From assembly GCA_963770885.1 (NCBI GenBank), contig CAVYRI010000002.1, forward strand, positions 29,265 through 93,264: a stretch of DNA of 64,000 nucleotides, given 5' to 3'. Below, one piece after another: positions 28,169-37,270 of the stretch. The translations under genes were made by a program, and so were the position numbers. Each line of letters opens with the position of its first letter. The stretch's first letter is position 1. The notes below the pieces were generated by a model, which saw only the letters and a program-made list of their open reading frames with translations, was not told where the DNA came from and searched no databases. Origin of the DNA: an uncultured Solirubrobacterales bacterium. Lineage in GTDB: Bacteria > Actinomycetota > Thermoleophilia > Solirubrobacterales > Solirubrobacteraceae.

Positions 28169-28279
28169 AGCTCGATCTGGATCGGGTCAATCCCTTTGCA
28201 AGCCGCCGGCGCTTCGGCGGAGAGGTCTTTCGAGCAACACGATCCCGCGCCTGATCTGCGCGGGCGGGGAGGTTGATTG

Positions 28280-29869
28280 ATGGCAACCGCAGAGGCGCCG
28301 CAAGGCTCCACGGCCAACGACAGCGCGGAGCTCGCGGGGTTCGGCTACAAGCAGGAGCTCGACCGCTCGCTCGGCAGCTTCTCGTCGTTCGCCGCGGGGT
28401 TCAGCTACATCTCGATCCTCACCGGCGTCACCGCGCTGTACGGGTTCGGCTATCTCAATGCCGGCCCGGGGGTCTGGTGGACGTGGCCCGCGGTTGTCCT
28501 CGGCCAGATCTTTGTGGCGCTGTGCTTCATGGAGATGGCGGCCCAGTACCCGATCGCCGGCTCGGTGTACCAGTGGTCCAAGCAGCTCTCGACCGGTTAC
28601 GCGTCATGGATGACCGGCTGGATCTACATCGTCGGCGCGATCGTTACGATCGCCGCGGTGGCAGTCGACTGGCAGGTTGTGCTGCCACAGATCACGACCA
28701 AGTTGCAGTTCTTCGGGTCCTCGGCCGATGCCGGCAGCTACCTGACCAAGGCCGGAGCCCAGAACGCGCTGCTGCTCGGGGCGGTGCTGATCGGGATCAC
28801 CACCACGATCAACATGATGGGCGTCAAGCTGATGTCACGGATCAACAATGTCGGCGTCGCCGCCGAGCTGATCGGATCGACTCTGCTGATCATCCTGCTG
28901 CTGTTCCACCTGCACCACGGGCCGCAGATCATCTTCCACTCCTACGGCTACGGCGCCGGACACCCTTGGGGCTACTTCGGCGCGCTGCTCGTCGGCGGCC
29001 TGCTGAGCGCGTATGTGATGTACGGATTCGATACGGCCGGCACCCTGGCTGAGGAGACCAACAACCCGCGCAAGCACGCGCCTCCGGCGATCATCCGCGC
29101 GATCGCAGCCGCCGCCGTGGTCGGCGGCCTGGTGATCCTCCTGGGGAGCATGTCGAACAAGAACATCGCCGACCAGAACATCGGACTGTTCGGGCTGCCG
29201 TACGTGATCAAGAACGCGTTCGGTAGCACGACCGGGAACGTGTTCCTCGCCGACACGGCACTGGCGATCTTCGTCTGCTGCCTGGCGGTGCAGGCCGCCA
29301 CGATCCGGATGTTGTTCTCGATGGCCCGCGATAACAGGCTGCCGTTCGGCTCGCAGATCGCGCGGGTGTCGGGCCACCGCAAGGTGCCGATCGTGCCGGC
29401 GCTGGTGACCGGGATCCTGGCTCTGGCGCTACTGGTGATCAACGTCGGCAACCAGAGTGCGTTTCTGGTGATCACCTCGATCGCGATCATCATGTTCTAT
29501 ATGGCCTACCTCGGCGTGACCACCCCGATGCTGGTGCGCCGCCTTCGCGGCGACTGGCCCAAGCCAGACCACGGGCCGTTCTTCTCGCTCGGGCGGTGGG
29601 GCCTGTTCGTGAACATAGTGGCCGTGGCGTACGGAACGCTGGTCGCGATCAACATCGCCTGGCCGCGCAACTCGGTCTACAACGCAGTCGGCGCGCCACA
29701 TTGGTACTGGCAGTGGTCACCGGTTCTGTTCATCGGGCTCGTGATCATCATCGGCACCATCTACTACTTCGCAGTTCAGGCGAAGAAGCCGCCGGAGGTG
29801 CTCGAGGAGCACCGGGCCGACATCCCGATGCCACCTGTGCCGGCGCCTTTGGGTGACGCGGCGCCATGA
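28280..29869 (+). CDS. APC family amino acid/amine permease (GabP/PuuP/choline-transporter-like)
   Basis: GYKQELDRSLG.FSSFAAGFS.ISILTG, EMAAQYPIAGSVYQW, YGFDTAGTLAEET, FSMARD; about 12 TM. Confidence 0.92.
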   Translation: MATAEAPQGSTANDSAELAGFGYKQELDRSLGSFSSFAAGFSYISILTGVTALYGFGYLNAGPGVWWTWPAVVLGQIFVALCFMEMAAQYPIAGSVYQWSKQLSTGYASWMTGWIYIVGAIVTIAAVAVDWQVVLPQITTKLQFFGSSADAGSYLTKAGAQNALLLGAVLIGITTTINMMGVKLMSRINNVGVAAELIGSTLLIILLLFHLHHGPQIIFHSYGYGAGHPWGYFGALLVGGLLSAYVMYGFDTAGTLAEETNNPRKHAPPAIIRAIAAAAVVGGLVILLGSMSNKNIADQNIGLFGLPYVIKNAFGSTTGNVFLADTALAIFVCCLAVQAATIRMLFSMARDNRLPFGSQIARVSGHRKVPIVPALVTGILALALLVINVGNQSAFLVITSIAIIMFYMAYLGVTTPMLVRRLRGDWPKPDHGPFFSLGRWGLFVNIVAVAYGTLVAINIAWPRNSVYNAVGAPHWYWQWSPVLFIGLVIIIGTIYYFAVQAKKPPEVLEEHRADIPMPPVPAPLGDAAP

Positions 29870-29920
29870 GCCAGGACGGGCGCCGGGAGGCGCTCGCCGC
29901 AGCTGTCTGAGGGCGGTGCT

Positions 29921-31798
29921 TTGAGCGCCGACGACGCGCTCGAGACCGCCCTCTTCCTGCGGGCCCATCCGCCGTTCTCATCACTGCCCGAGCCCGAGGT
30001 GGAGCGCGTGGCGCGCGCCGCCGAACTCGAGCATCTGCCCGCGGGCGTGACCATCTTCTCCGAGGGCGAAGGGCCCGTGGAGTACCTGCGGGTCGTCCGC
30101 AGCGGGGCGGTCGAGATTGTCTCCGAGGGACGCGTGCTGGATCTGGTCGGCGAGGGAGAGTTGTTCGGCCAGGCCTCGATGCTGTCGGGCTTTCCGTCCG
30201 GGTTCGAGGCCCGCGCCGCAGAGGACACGGTCTGCTATCGGATTCCGGCCGACGTCGCCGCGGGCCTGCTGTCGTCTGCGGAGGGGCTGCGCTTCGTGGC
30301 CCGCTCGCTGCTTGAGCCGACGACCGATCTGCACCTGCTCGCCCGCCAGCCGGCCCGCAACCTCGCCGACCAGCCGATCGGCACACTGCTGCACGGCGAG
30401 CCGGTGGTGTGCGGCCCGGATACCACGATCCGCGAGGCCGCGCAGCGGATGACCGCCGCCGGCGCCACCTCGGTGGTCGTCGACCTCGGTGAGGGTGCGG
30501 CGGGAATCATGACCGACCGCGATCTGCGGACGCGCGTCGTCGCAACGGGGCTCTCGGGCAACGAGCCGGTTTCGGCGGTGATGTCGGCGCCTGCTTACTG
30601 CGCCAGCGCCGACCGCCGTTCCGGCGACGTGCTGCTCGAGATGCTCGACCGGGGGCTGCGCCACTTCCCCGTGCTGTCCGCCACCGGTGACGTGCTGGGA
30701 GTCATCGAGGACGTCGACCTGGTCGCGCTGCGGACGCGCTCGTCGTTCTACCTGCGCCAGCGGATCGCCGCCGCCAAGAGCGTCACCGAGCTGGTGGCGG
30801 TCGCGTCCGAGCTGTACCCGATGGTGATCGCGCTGCACGAGTCCCACGTCGCCGCGGCCAACGTGATGGCGGTCTACTCGGTCACGGTCGACACGCTGAC
30901 ACGGCGGATGCTCGAGCTCGAGATGGAGCGCCTGGGCCGCCCGGAGATCCACTTCGCGTGGCTGGCGCTCGGCAGCCAGGCGCGACGCGAGGCGCTGCCG
31001 AGCTCCGACGTGGACAGTGCGATCGTGTGGTTCGACGCGCCCGACGACGCGCCCGCCAAACCGGCCCTGGTCGAGCTTGGCAAGGCGGTCACCGAGGGTC
31101 TGGAGCGGTGCGGGCTGCGACCCGACGACCACGGCGCCACCGCCTCAGATCCGATGTTCGTGCGATCGCTCGAGTCCTGGCAGCGCGTGGTCAAGAGCTG
31201 GATCGTCGAGCCGACCCAGGACCAGGCGCTGATCCTCTCCTCGGTGCTGGTCGACAGCCGGCCGGTCTGGGGCGTGCACACCGGAACGCCGGTCGCCGAC
31301 ACGTTTCGCCTGGCGCCCAGTTCGCCGATGCTGCTGCGCCTGATGGCCCGCTTCGCGCTCTCGTCCCATCCACCGACGGGCTTTTTGCGCGGCCTCGTGG
31401 TGGAGCATGGGGGCGAGCATCGAGGGCGCCTGGATCTCAAGCACGGCGGCGTGATCCCGATCGCGGCGCTTGCGCGATGGGCGGGGATGTCGGCCGGCGT
31501 GACGGCCGCATCGACGGTCGAGCGGCTGCGAGCCGCGGGCAGGGCCGGCACCATCGCGCCGGCCGATGCCCACACGCTCGAGGATGCCTTCCAGCTGATC
31601 AACAACCTGCGCGTCGAGCACCAGGTCGGCCAGCTCCGTGATGGCCAGGAGCCCGACGATTATCTGAACCCGGGGGACTTCAGCGCTCTCACGCGCGCCT
31701 ATCTGAAGGACTCGTTCCGGGCTGTCAGCTCCGTTCAGAAGCGGCTCTCGGGCGAGCTGCGGATGGGGCGGACCGAGGCGCCCGTCGAGTCCGGGTGA
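29921..31798 (+). CDS. cNMP-binding + CBS + DUF294 putative nucleotidyltransferase signal-transduction protein
   Basis: N-terminal HPPFSSL...GELFG cNMP domain, CBS pair (GIMTDRDLRTRVVA), NTase motif LGSQARRE...SDVDSA, C-terminal LDLKHGGVIPI substrate-binding domain; true start may be ATG 29866 if a +1 error lies at 29878-29880. Confidence 0.88.
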   Translation: MSADDALETALFLRAHPPFSSLPEPEVERVARAAELEHLPAGVTIFSEGEGPVEYLRVVRSGAVEIVSEGRVLDLVGEGELFGQASMLSGFPSGFEARAAEDTVCYRIPADVAAGLLSSAEGLRFVARSLLEPTTDLHLLARQPARNLADQPIGTLLHGEPVVCGPDTTIREAAQRMTAAGATSVVVDLGEGAAGIMTDRDLRTRVVATGLSGNEPVSAVMSAPAYCASADRRSGDVLLEMLDRGLRHFPVLSATGDVLGVIEDVDLVALRTRSSFYLRQRIAAAKSVTELVAVASELYPMVIALHESHVAAANVMAVYSVTVDTLTRRMLELEMERLGRPEIHFAWLALGSQARREALPSSDVDSAIVWFDAPDDAPAKPALVELGKAVTEGLERCGLRPDDHGATASDPMFVRSLESWQRVVKSWIVEPTQDQALILSSVLVDSRPVWGVHTGTPVADTFRLAPSSPMLLRLMARFALSSHPPTGFLRGLVVEHGGEHRGRLDLKHGGVIPIAALARWAGMSAGVTAASTVERLRAAGRAGTIAPADAHTLEDAFQLINNLRVEHQVGQLRDGQEPDDYLNPGDFSALTRAYLKDSFRAVSSVQKRLSGELRMGRTEAPVESG

Positions 31799-31823
31799 GC
31801 GACGCCGGTAGGGTGCACCTCCG

Positions 31824-32033
31824 ATGACGCCCGACCAACCGACCCGCGGCGCCCGGCGCCGCAGCGCCAACAAGGGCGGTGCGCCCCAGGACTGGCGCGT
31901 CTACCGGCCGGCGATCTGGCTGGCGATGCTCGGGGTCGCAGTGATGCTGCTCGTCACTCCGTCATGGATCGGTGCGGCACCGATCGGTGCCGCGATCGGG
32001 GTCGCGCTGCGGATCCGTCGGCGCCGCCGCTGA
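31824..32033 (+). CDS. small membrane protein
   Basis: 69 aa with a long hydrophobic segment and Arg-rich ends; fits between same-strand genes. Confidence 0.5.
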   Translation: MTPDQPTRGARRRSANKGGAPQDWRVYRPAIWLAMLGVAVMLLVTPSWIGAAPIGAAIGVALRIRRRRR

Positions 32034-32100
32034 GGCGCCGCAAGGGCGACTCCCGCCGCCGCGATCCTCGCCGGGCGAGCCGATCGCTACCGTGGTGTAC

Positions 32101-33120
32101 GTGACTGCCGGCTCCGGACTTTCGGCGGCAGCGTCTGACGCTGTCCACAACCCCAAGCTCGCGATCACCGTTCGCGGGCTCGTCAAGTCGTTCGGCAACG
32201 TGCGCGCGCTGGGCGGCGTCGACCTCGACGTGGCGACCGGGACCGTGCTCGGCCTGCTTGGGCCCAACGGCGCCGGCAAGACGACCCTTGTTCGAATTCT
32301 GACAACGTTGCTCGAGCCCGACGGCGGCACGGGCGAGGTCGTGGGCCTGGACGTCGTGCGCGACGCGGCACGGCTGCGTCAGCGGATCGGGCTCGCCGGT
32401 CAGTACGCGGCGGTCGACGAGAACCTGACCGGACTCGAGAACCTCGTCATGGTCGGACGGCTGTACGGGAACTCGCGCGCGGCTGCAAAGCGGCGCGGCG
32501 CCGAGTTGCTCGAGCGCTTTGACCTGAGTGGGGCCGGTGGTCGCCTGACGAGCACCTACTCGGGCGGTATGCGCAGGCGGCTCGATCTCGCGGCAGCGCT
32601 CGTGTCAAAGCCGGAGGTGCTGTTCCTCGACGAGCCGACGACGGGGCTGGACCCCCGCAGCCGAATTGACCTGTGGGAGACGATCGAAGGGCTGGTCGCG
32701 GACGGGACGACCGTGCTGCTGACGACGCAGTACCTCGACGAGGCCGACCGGCTCGCGGACACGATCACGGTCATCGACCACGGTCTCGTGATCGCTCAGG
32801 GAACCTCCGACGAGCTCAAGGATCGTGTCGGAGGGGAGCGGCTCGAGGTCCGGCTCGAGGACGCCTCCGACGCTGAGGCGGCAGTCACGGCGCTGCAGTC
32901 GCTGTCCGACGAGCAGCCGAGCGCCCATGATTCGATCGTCAGCGCCCCGGTCCGGACCCGCAGCGGCGCGATCGTTGAGGCGGTCCGCAGGCTCGGCGAC
33001 GCCGGCGTCGGGGTGGATGACATAACGCTGCGGCGGCCGACCCTCGATGACGTGTTCCTGTCGCTCACCGGCCACGCGGCGGAAGAGGGCGACGCGGACT
33101 CCCGGAATGGCGACCGATGA
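32101..33120 (+). CDS. ABC exporter ATP-binding protein (DrrA-like)
   Basis: GPNGAGKTT Walker A, YSGGMRRRLD signature, LFLDEPTTGLD Walker B, TTQYLDEAD; start uncertain. Confidence 0.9.
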   Translation: MTAGSGLSAAASDAVHNPKLAITVRGLVKSFGNVRALGGVDLDVATGTVLGLLGPNGAGKTTLVRILTTLLEPDGGTGEVVGLDVVRDAARLRQRIGLAGQYAAVDENLTGLENLVMVGRLYGNSRAAAKRRGAELLERFDLSGAGGRLTSTYSGGMRRRLDLAAALVSKPEVLFLDEPTTGLDPRSRIDLWETIEGLVADGTTVLLTTQYLDEADRLADTITVIDHGLVIAQGTSDELKDRVGGERLEVRLEDASDAEAAVTALQSLSDEQPSAHDSIVSAPVRTRSGAIVEAVRRLGDAGVGVDDITLRRPTLDDVFLSLTGHAAEEGDADSRNGDR

Positions 33121-33881
33121 GACGGCTCGCGACCGACACCATGATCATGGCCGAGCGCAACCTGATCCGGCTGCCGCGAAAGCCCGAGCTGCTGCTCGCG
33201 TTCACGGTCCAGCCGATCATGTTTCTGCTCCTGTTCCGTTACGTGTTCGGCGGCGCGATCCAGACCGGAGGCCTGTCCTACATCGAGTTCCTGCTGCCGG
33301 GGATCATCGTCCAGAACATCGCGTTCGGTGGCTTCGTGACCGCGATCGGCCTCAACGAGGATGTCCACAAGGGCCTGATCGATCGCTTCCGCTCGCTCCC
33401 GATGACGCGCCCGGCGGTGCTCGCCGGGCGGACCCTGGCCGACGTGGTGACGAACTTCATCTCGGTCTGCATCCTGGTCGTGACCGGCATCATCATCGGC
33501 TTCTCGTTCCACGCTTCGGTCGCCGAGGTCGTGTTCGGGGTCGGCCTGCTGCTGCTGTTCGGGTATGCGTTCTCGTGGGTGTTCGCGTTCGTCGGCCTGG
33601 TCGCCTCGACGCCGGAGTCGGCCAACTCGATCGCGTTCATCGCCGTCTTCCCGCTGACCTTCATCTCGTCGGCGTTCGTGCCCGTCGCGACGATGCCCGC
33701 CCCGCTGAGGGCGTTCGCCGAGGTGAATCCGTTCACGATCGTGGTCGATGCGATGCGCTCGCTGTGGATCGGCACCCCCGCGCACAACTACGTCTGGGGT
33801 GCGGTCGTCTGGGCGTTGGTGATCCTGGTCGTGTTCGCGCCCTTGGGAGTCGCCCGCTATCGCAAGGCGACCTCGGGCTAA
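33117..33881 (+). CDS. ABC-2 type permease (DrrB-like)
   Basis: VQPIMFLLLFRYVFGGAI, LLPGIIVQ, GLIDRFRSLP, FISSAFVP, NPFT; 6 TM. Confidence 0.9.
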   Translation: MRRLATDTMIMAERNLIRLPRKPELLLAFTVQPIMFLLLFRYVFGGAIQTGGLSYIEFLLPGIIVQNIAFGGFVTAIGLNEDVHKGLIDRFRSLPMTRPAVLAGRTLADVVTNFISVCILVVTGIIIGFSFHASVAEVVFGVGLLLLFGYAFSWVFAFVGLVASTPESANSIAFIAVFPLTFISSAFVPVATMPAPLRAFAEVNPFTIVVDAMRSLWIGTPAHNYVWGAVVWALVILVVFAPLGVARYRKATSG

Positions 33882-34102
33882 TTCTGCTCGCCGCGGGCGA
33901 TCGCCAGACACGCCTCGCAACGCGGCCAGGGCGGATTCCACGGGTACCCGGTCACGTCCTTGCCGCACAGCGCGGTGTCCGGATCGCTCTCGGTCACAAG
34001 GTGGCAGAGCTCCTCGAACCCGTCGTCGTTGATCAAGGGGACGTTCGTGCACCGGGGGTGGACGTTGGGTGCATGAACGGGCGTTGTCGATGCGCCCGGC
34101 AT
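33878..34102 (-). CDS. small Cys/His-containing hypothetical protein (possible zinc ribbon)
   Basis: 74 aa, CH...ALCGK...CEAC; TATCCT hexamer 8 nt before ATG; convergent stop overlap with permease. Confidence 0.5.
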   Translation of the reverse strand: MPGASTTPVHAPNVHPRCTNVPLINDDGFEELCHLVTESDPDTALCGKDVTGYPWNPPWPRCEACLAIARGEQN

Positions 34103-34130
34103 CGATTGCGAGGATACCCGCCGACCGCGG

Positions 34131-35633
34131 CTAACCGGCGACGAGCTCGCCGCGCTCGTGTGTGCCGGCGTCGCCCGAGTCCAGACCAGTCTCCAGTGGC
34201 TCTTCGTTCAACCGCCGTGCGGTGTGGCGCGCGGTCTCTCTGGCCCAGCCGGTGCTGGTCACGAAGCCGAGGCACAGTGCGGCCACACCGAGGCCGACGA
34301 CGACCCACCAACTCGCGTGGGTAGCGGCCGCAAACGACGGGCCCACGTTCTCGGCTGCAGCCCCCGCGGCCAGCGAGCCGAGCACGGCGACGCCAAGGGC
34401 GAAGCCGACCTGACGGCTCGTCGATGCGATCGCGGCGGCCACCCCGGCCTGTGAAGGCGGCATCCCCGAGACGGCCGTGTTGGTGATCGGCGGATTGACG
34501 AGCCCGAATCCGGCCCCGTAGATCGTGTAGGAGGCGATCAGCAGCGGGTACGAGGTCGTGGTCGTCAGGCCCGTCAGCATCAGACCGCCGACGATCAATC
34601 CGATCCCGCCGCCGACGAGCGGCAACCTCGTCCCGCGGGTGCTGACCATTCGTCCCGAGATCGGCGCGATCACGACGGTCGCAAGTGCGAGCGGGAGCAC
34701 ATAGAGCCCGGCATCGAGCGGCGACAGGCCGCGCACCTCCTGCAGATACAGCGTGTTCAGGAACAGAAAGCCGCCCAGCCCGGCGAACGCGAACAGCGCG
34801 ATCGCGCTGGCGCCGGCGAACGGGGCGCTGCCGAAGAAGCGGACCTCGATCAGCGGCTGGTCGCGGCGCAGCTCGTAGGGCACCAGCACAGCGAACGCGA
34901 TCACCGCGACCGCGAACAGGGTCACCGTCTGCGCCGACAGCCAGCCGCTGCCCGGAGCTTCGATGATCGCGTAGGTCAGCGTCGCGAGCCCGATGATCAC
35001 CAGCGCCTGACCGACGAGGTCCGGCCGGCGCGGCCGAGCGGCGCGCGACTCGGGCACGTACAGCGCGGTCAGCGCGATCGCGAGCACGCCGACCGGGACG
35101 TTGACCAGGAAGATCGACCGCCAGCCCACCGAGTCGACCAGCGCCCCGCCGATCACCGGGCCGAGCGCCATGCTGATCCCGAACACGCCGCCCCAGACGC
35201 CGATCGCGCGCGCCCGCTCGCGCGGATCCTCGAACACGTTGCGGATGATCGACATCGCGACCGGGTTGAGCATCGAGCCTCCGATCGCCTGCAGCACGCG
35301 GGCGGCGATCAGCAGGTCGAGGCTCGGTGCCACCGCGCACAGCAGCGAGCCGAGCGAGAACAGCGACAGCCCGATCTGGAACACCCGGCGCCGGCCGATC
35401 CGGTCGGCCGTCGACCCCGACAGCATCAGCAGGCTGGCGAGAACGAGCGTGTAGGCGTCGATCGTCCACTGCAGCCCCGACAGCGACGCATGCAGGGACC
35501 GATGGATCGACGGCAGCGCGACGTTGACGATCGTCGTGTCGAGCCCGACGATCAGCAGGCTCATCGAGCAGATGCCGAGGATCAGGAGACGCCGGCGCCG
35601 GTCCGGGTGGTGATCTGGGCCGCGCTGATCCAC
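34131..35633 (-). CDS. MFS drug:H+ antiporter, DHA2 (EmrB/QacA) family
   Basis: GLDTTIVNVALP, WTIDAY, GSTADRIGRRR, QAIGG, WRSIFLVNVPVG; 14 TM, 500 aa. Confidence 0.92.
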   Translation of the reverse strand: MDQRGPDHHPDRRRRLLILGICSMSLLIVGLDTTIVNVALPSIHRSLHASLSGLQWTIDAYTLVLASLLMLSGSTADRIGRRRVFQIGLSLFSLGSLLCAVAPSLDLLIAARVLQAIGGSMLNPVAMSIIRNVFEDPRERARAIGVWGGVFGISMALGPVIGGALVDSVGWRSIFLVNVPVGVLAIALTALYVPESRAARPRRPDLVGQALVIIGLATLTYAIIEAPGSGWLSAQTVTLFAVAVIAFAVLVPYELRRDQPLIEVRFFGSAPFAGASAIALFAFAGLGGFLFLNTLYLQEVRGLSPLDAGLYVLPLALATVVIAPISGRMVSTRGTRLPLVGGGIGLIVGGLMLTGLTTTTSYPLLIASYTIYGAGFGLVNPPITNTAVSGMPPSQAGVAAAIASTSRQVGFALGVAVLGSLAAGAAAENVGPSFAAATHASWWVVVGLGVAALCLGFVTSTGWARETARHTARRLNEEPLETGLDSGDAGTHERGELVAG

Positions 35634-35687
35634 GATCCGATCCTAGCCAGCGGGGTCTGCGTCCCCGTGGGCGTGGCCAGCTCGTCG

Positions 35688-37217
35688 CTAGCCCAGTTCG
35701 GTGTCCCAGCCGGCGATCAGCAGGCGAGCTGCCTCGACGTCAGGATGCAGCGGCCGGTCGCTCAGATCGGAGTTCAGATGCTCGGTCGCGGCCTGCCAAA
35801 GCGCCTGCGTCCCGGCCGCCTTGGGCTCGTAGCCGGCGAGCCGCAGCGCCCGCACGGCTACCACCAGCTCGGTCGCGACCGCCACGCGGAGCGCATCGAT
35901 CGCCTCGTGTGCTCGCCGGGCGGCGATCGGGGCCAGGCTCGAGTGCGACTCAACGCCGCGCGAGACCGTGACCGTCTGCGCGGCGACGGGCGTGACCAGT
36001 GAGCGGACCTCGGCGACCGCGGCGTGGGCGGTGTACTCGAGCACCAGCGCGCCCGACTCCGGGCCCGGCTTGCGCGCCAGAAACGGCGGCAGGCCGGTCA
36101 GGGTCGAGTCCAGCAGCGTGCTGACCCGGGCGGCGATCAGCGCGGCCGACTGGGCGACCGCCGTCCTGACCCCGTCAATCGCGTTGGCGAGCGGCGCCGC
36201 GTGGGGGTTGCCGTTGGGCAGCGCGATGTCGTCACCGGGGACGATCAGCGCGTTCTCACCGGCGAAGTTGAGCTCGTGGCCGACGGTCTCCTCGAGCGCG
36301 TTGAGCGCGTCGTGCACGGTTCCATCCACCTGCGGCTGGGCCCGGAACGGGTACGGATCCTGAACGCCGAGCGGCCCAGGCGCCCGGGTCCGCTCGCCGA
36401 CGCCCTCCAGCAGCTCGCGCATCCTGGCCGCGACCGCCGCCTGGCCCGGCCGGTGGCGCCACGAGTGGATCCGCGGGTCGAGCACCACCGGATCGGCGGC
36501 CGCAGCCTCGAATGACAGCGCCGCGACCGTCAGCCACGCATCGAGCAGCCGCCGCGCGTCGACCACCAGCAGCGCCGCGCGCCCGATGCTGACCGCGTTG
36601 GAGCTCATCAGGGCGAGACCGTCGCGGCCGCCCAGCCGGGCCGCCTGGAGGCCTGCGTCATGCAGCGCAGTCGACGCATCGAGCAGCTCCTCGCCACGCC
36701 ACACCTGTCCCTCGCCGAGCAGCGCCAGTCCGATATCGGCGAGATTGGTCAGGTCACCGGTGCCAAGCGACCCCAGCTCGCGGGTGAACGGCGACAGCCC
36801 GGCGTTGAGCAGGTTGACGAGCGCGTCGAGCAGCTCCCGCGCGACGCCGGCGCCACCGGCGCCGATCTGGTTGGCGCGGGTCGCCATCGCGGCCCGGACG
36901 AGCTGCGCGGGCAGCGGCTGGCCGGCGCCGCACGCATGGCTGCGCAGCAGGCTCAGCGAGTACTGCTGGCGGCGGTTCTTCGGCACCCGGTAGGCGCGCA
37001 GCGCGCCGACGCCGGTGGTGACGCCGTAGAGGTCGTCGCCGCGCGCGAGCAGCGCCGCGATCGCGTCGCGGGCGCGGTCGTTGCGGGCGTGCGCCTCGGG
37101 CGCGAGCTGTGCCCGGGCGCCCTCGCGCGCGATCAACGCGACCCTCTTTGGCGTCAGCGTCGCGCCGTCGAGGATCACGGGCGCGGTGGTTTCTGTCGCG
37201 AGCTGTTGCAGAGCCAT
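35688..37217 (-). CDS. aromatic amino acid lyase (HAL/PAL) family protein lacking the ASG/MIO motif (lyase 1)
   Basis: YGVTTGVG, RSHACGAG, GSLGTGDL in place of GSxGASGDL, QDPYPFRAQPQ, NGNPH. Confidence 0.85.
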   Translation of the reverse strand: MALQQLATETTAPVILDGATLTPKRVALIAREGARAQLAPEAHARNDRARDAIAALLARGDDLYGVTTGVGALRAYRVPKNRRQQYSLSLLRSHACGAGQPLPAQLVRAAMATRANQIGAGGAGVARELLDALVNLLNAGLSPFTRELGSLGTGDLTNLADIGLALLGEGQVWRGEELLDASTALHDAGLQAARLGGRDGLALMSSNAVSIGRAALLVVDARRLLDAWLTVAALSFEAAAADPVVLDPRIHSWRHRPGQAAVAARMRELLEGVGERTRAPGPLGVQDPYPFRAQPQVDGTVHDALNALEETVGHELNFAGENALIVPGDDIALPNGNPHAAPLANAIDGVRTAVAQSAALIAARVSTLLDSTLTGLPPFLARKPGPESGALVLEYTAHAAVAEVRSLVTPVAAQTVTVSRGVESHSSLAPIAARRAHEAIDALRVAVATELVVAVRALRLAGYEPKAAGTQALWQAATEHLNSDLSDRPLHPDVEAARLLIAGWDTELG

Positions 37218-37270
37218 CGCCAACGCACTCTAATCCCGTCGGCGACTTCGCGGCCAGTATCGTCGGCCGG

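Noticed and set aside
28170-28279. Glycine or guanidine riboswitch in the permease leader
   Set aside because: GGAGAG is present but the other conserved elements of those aptamers are not.
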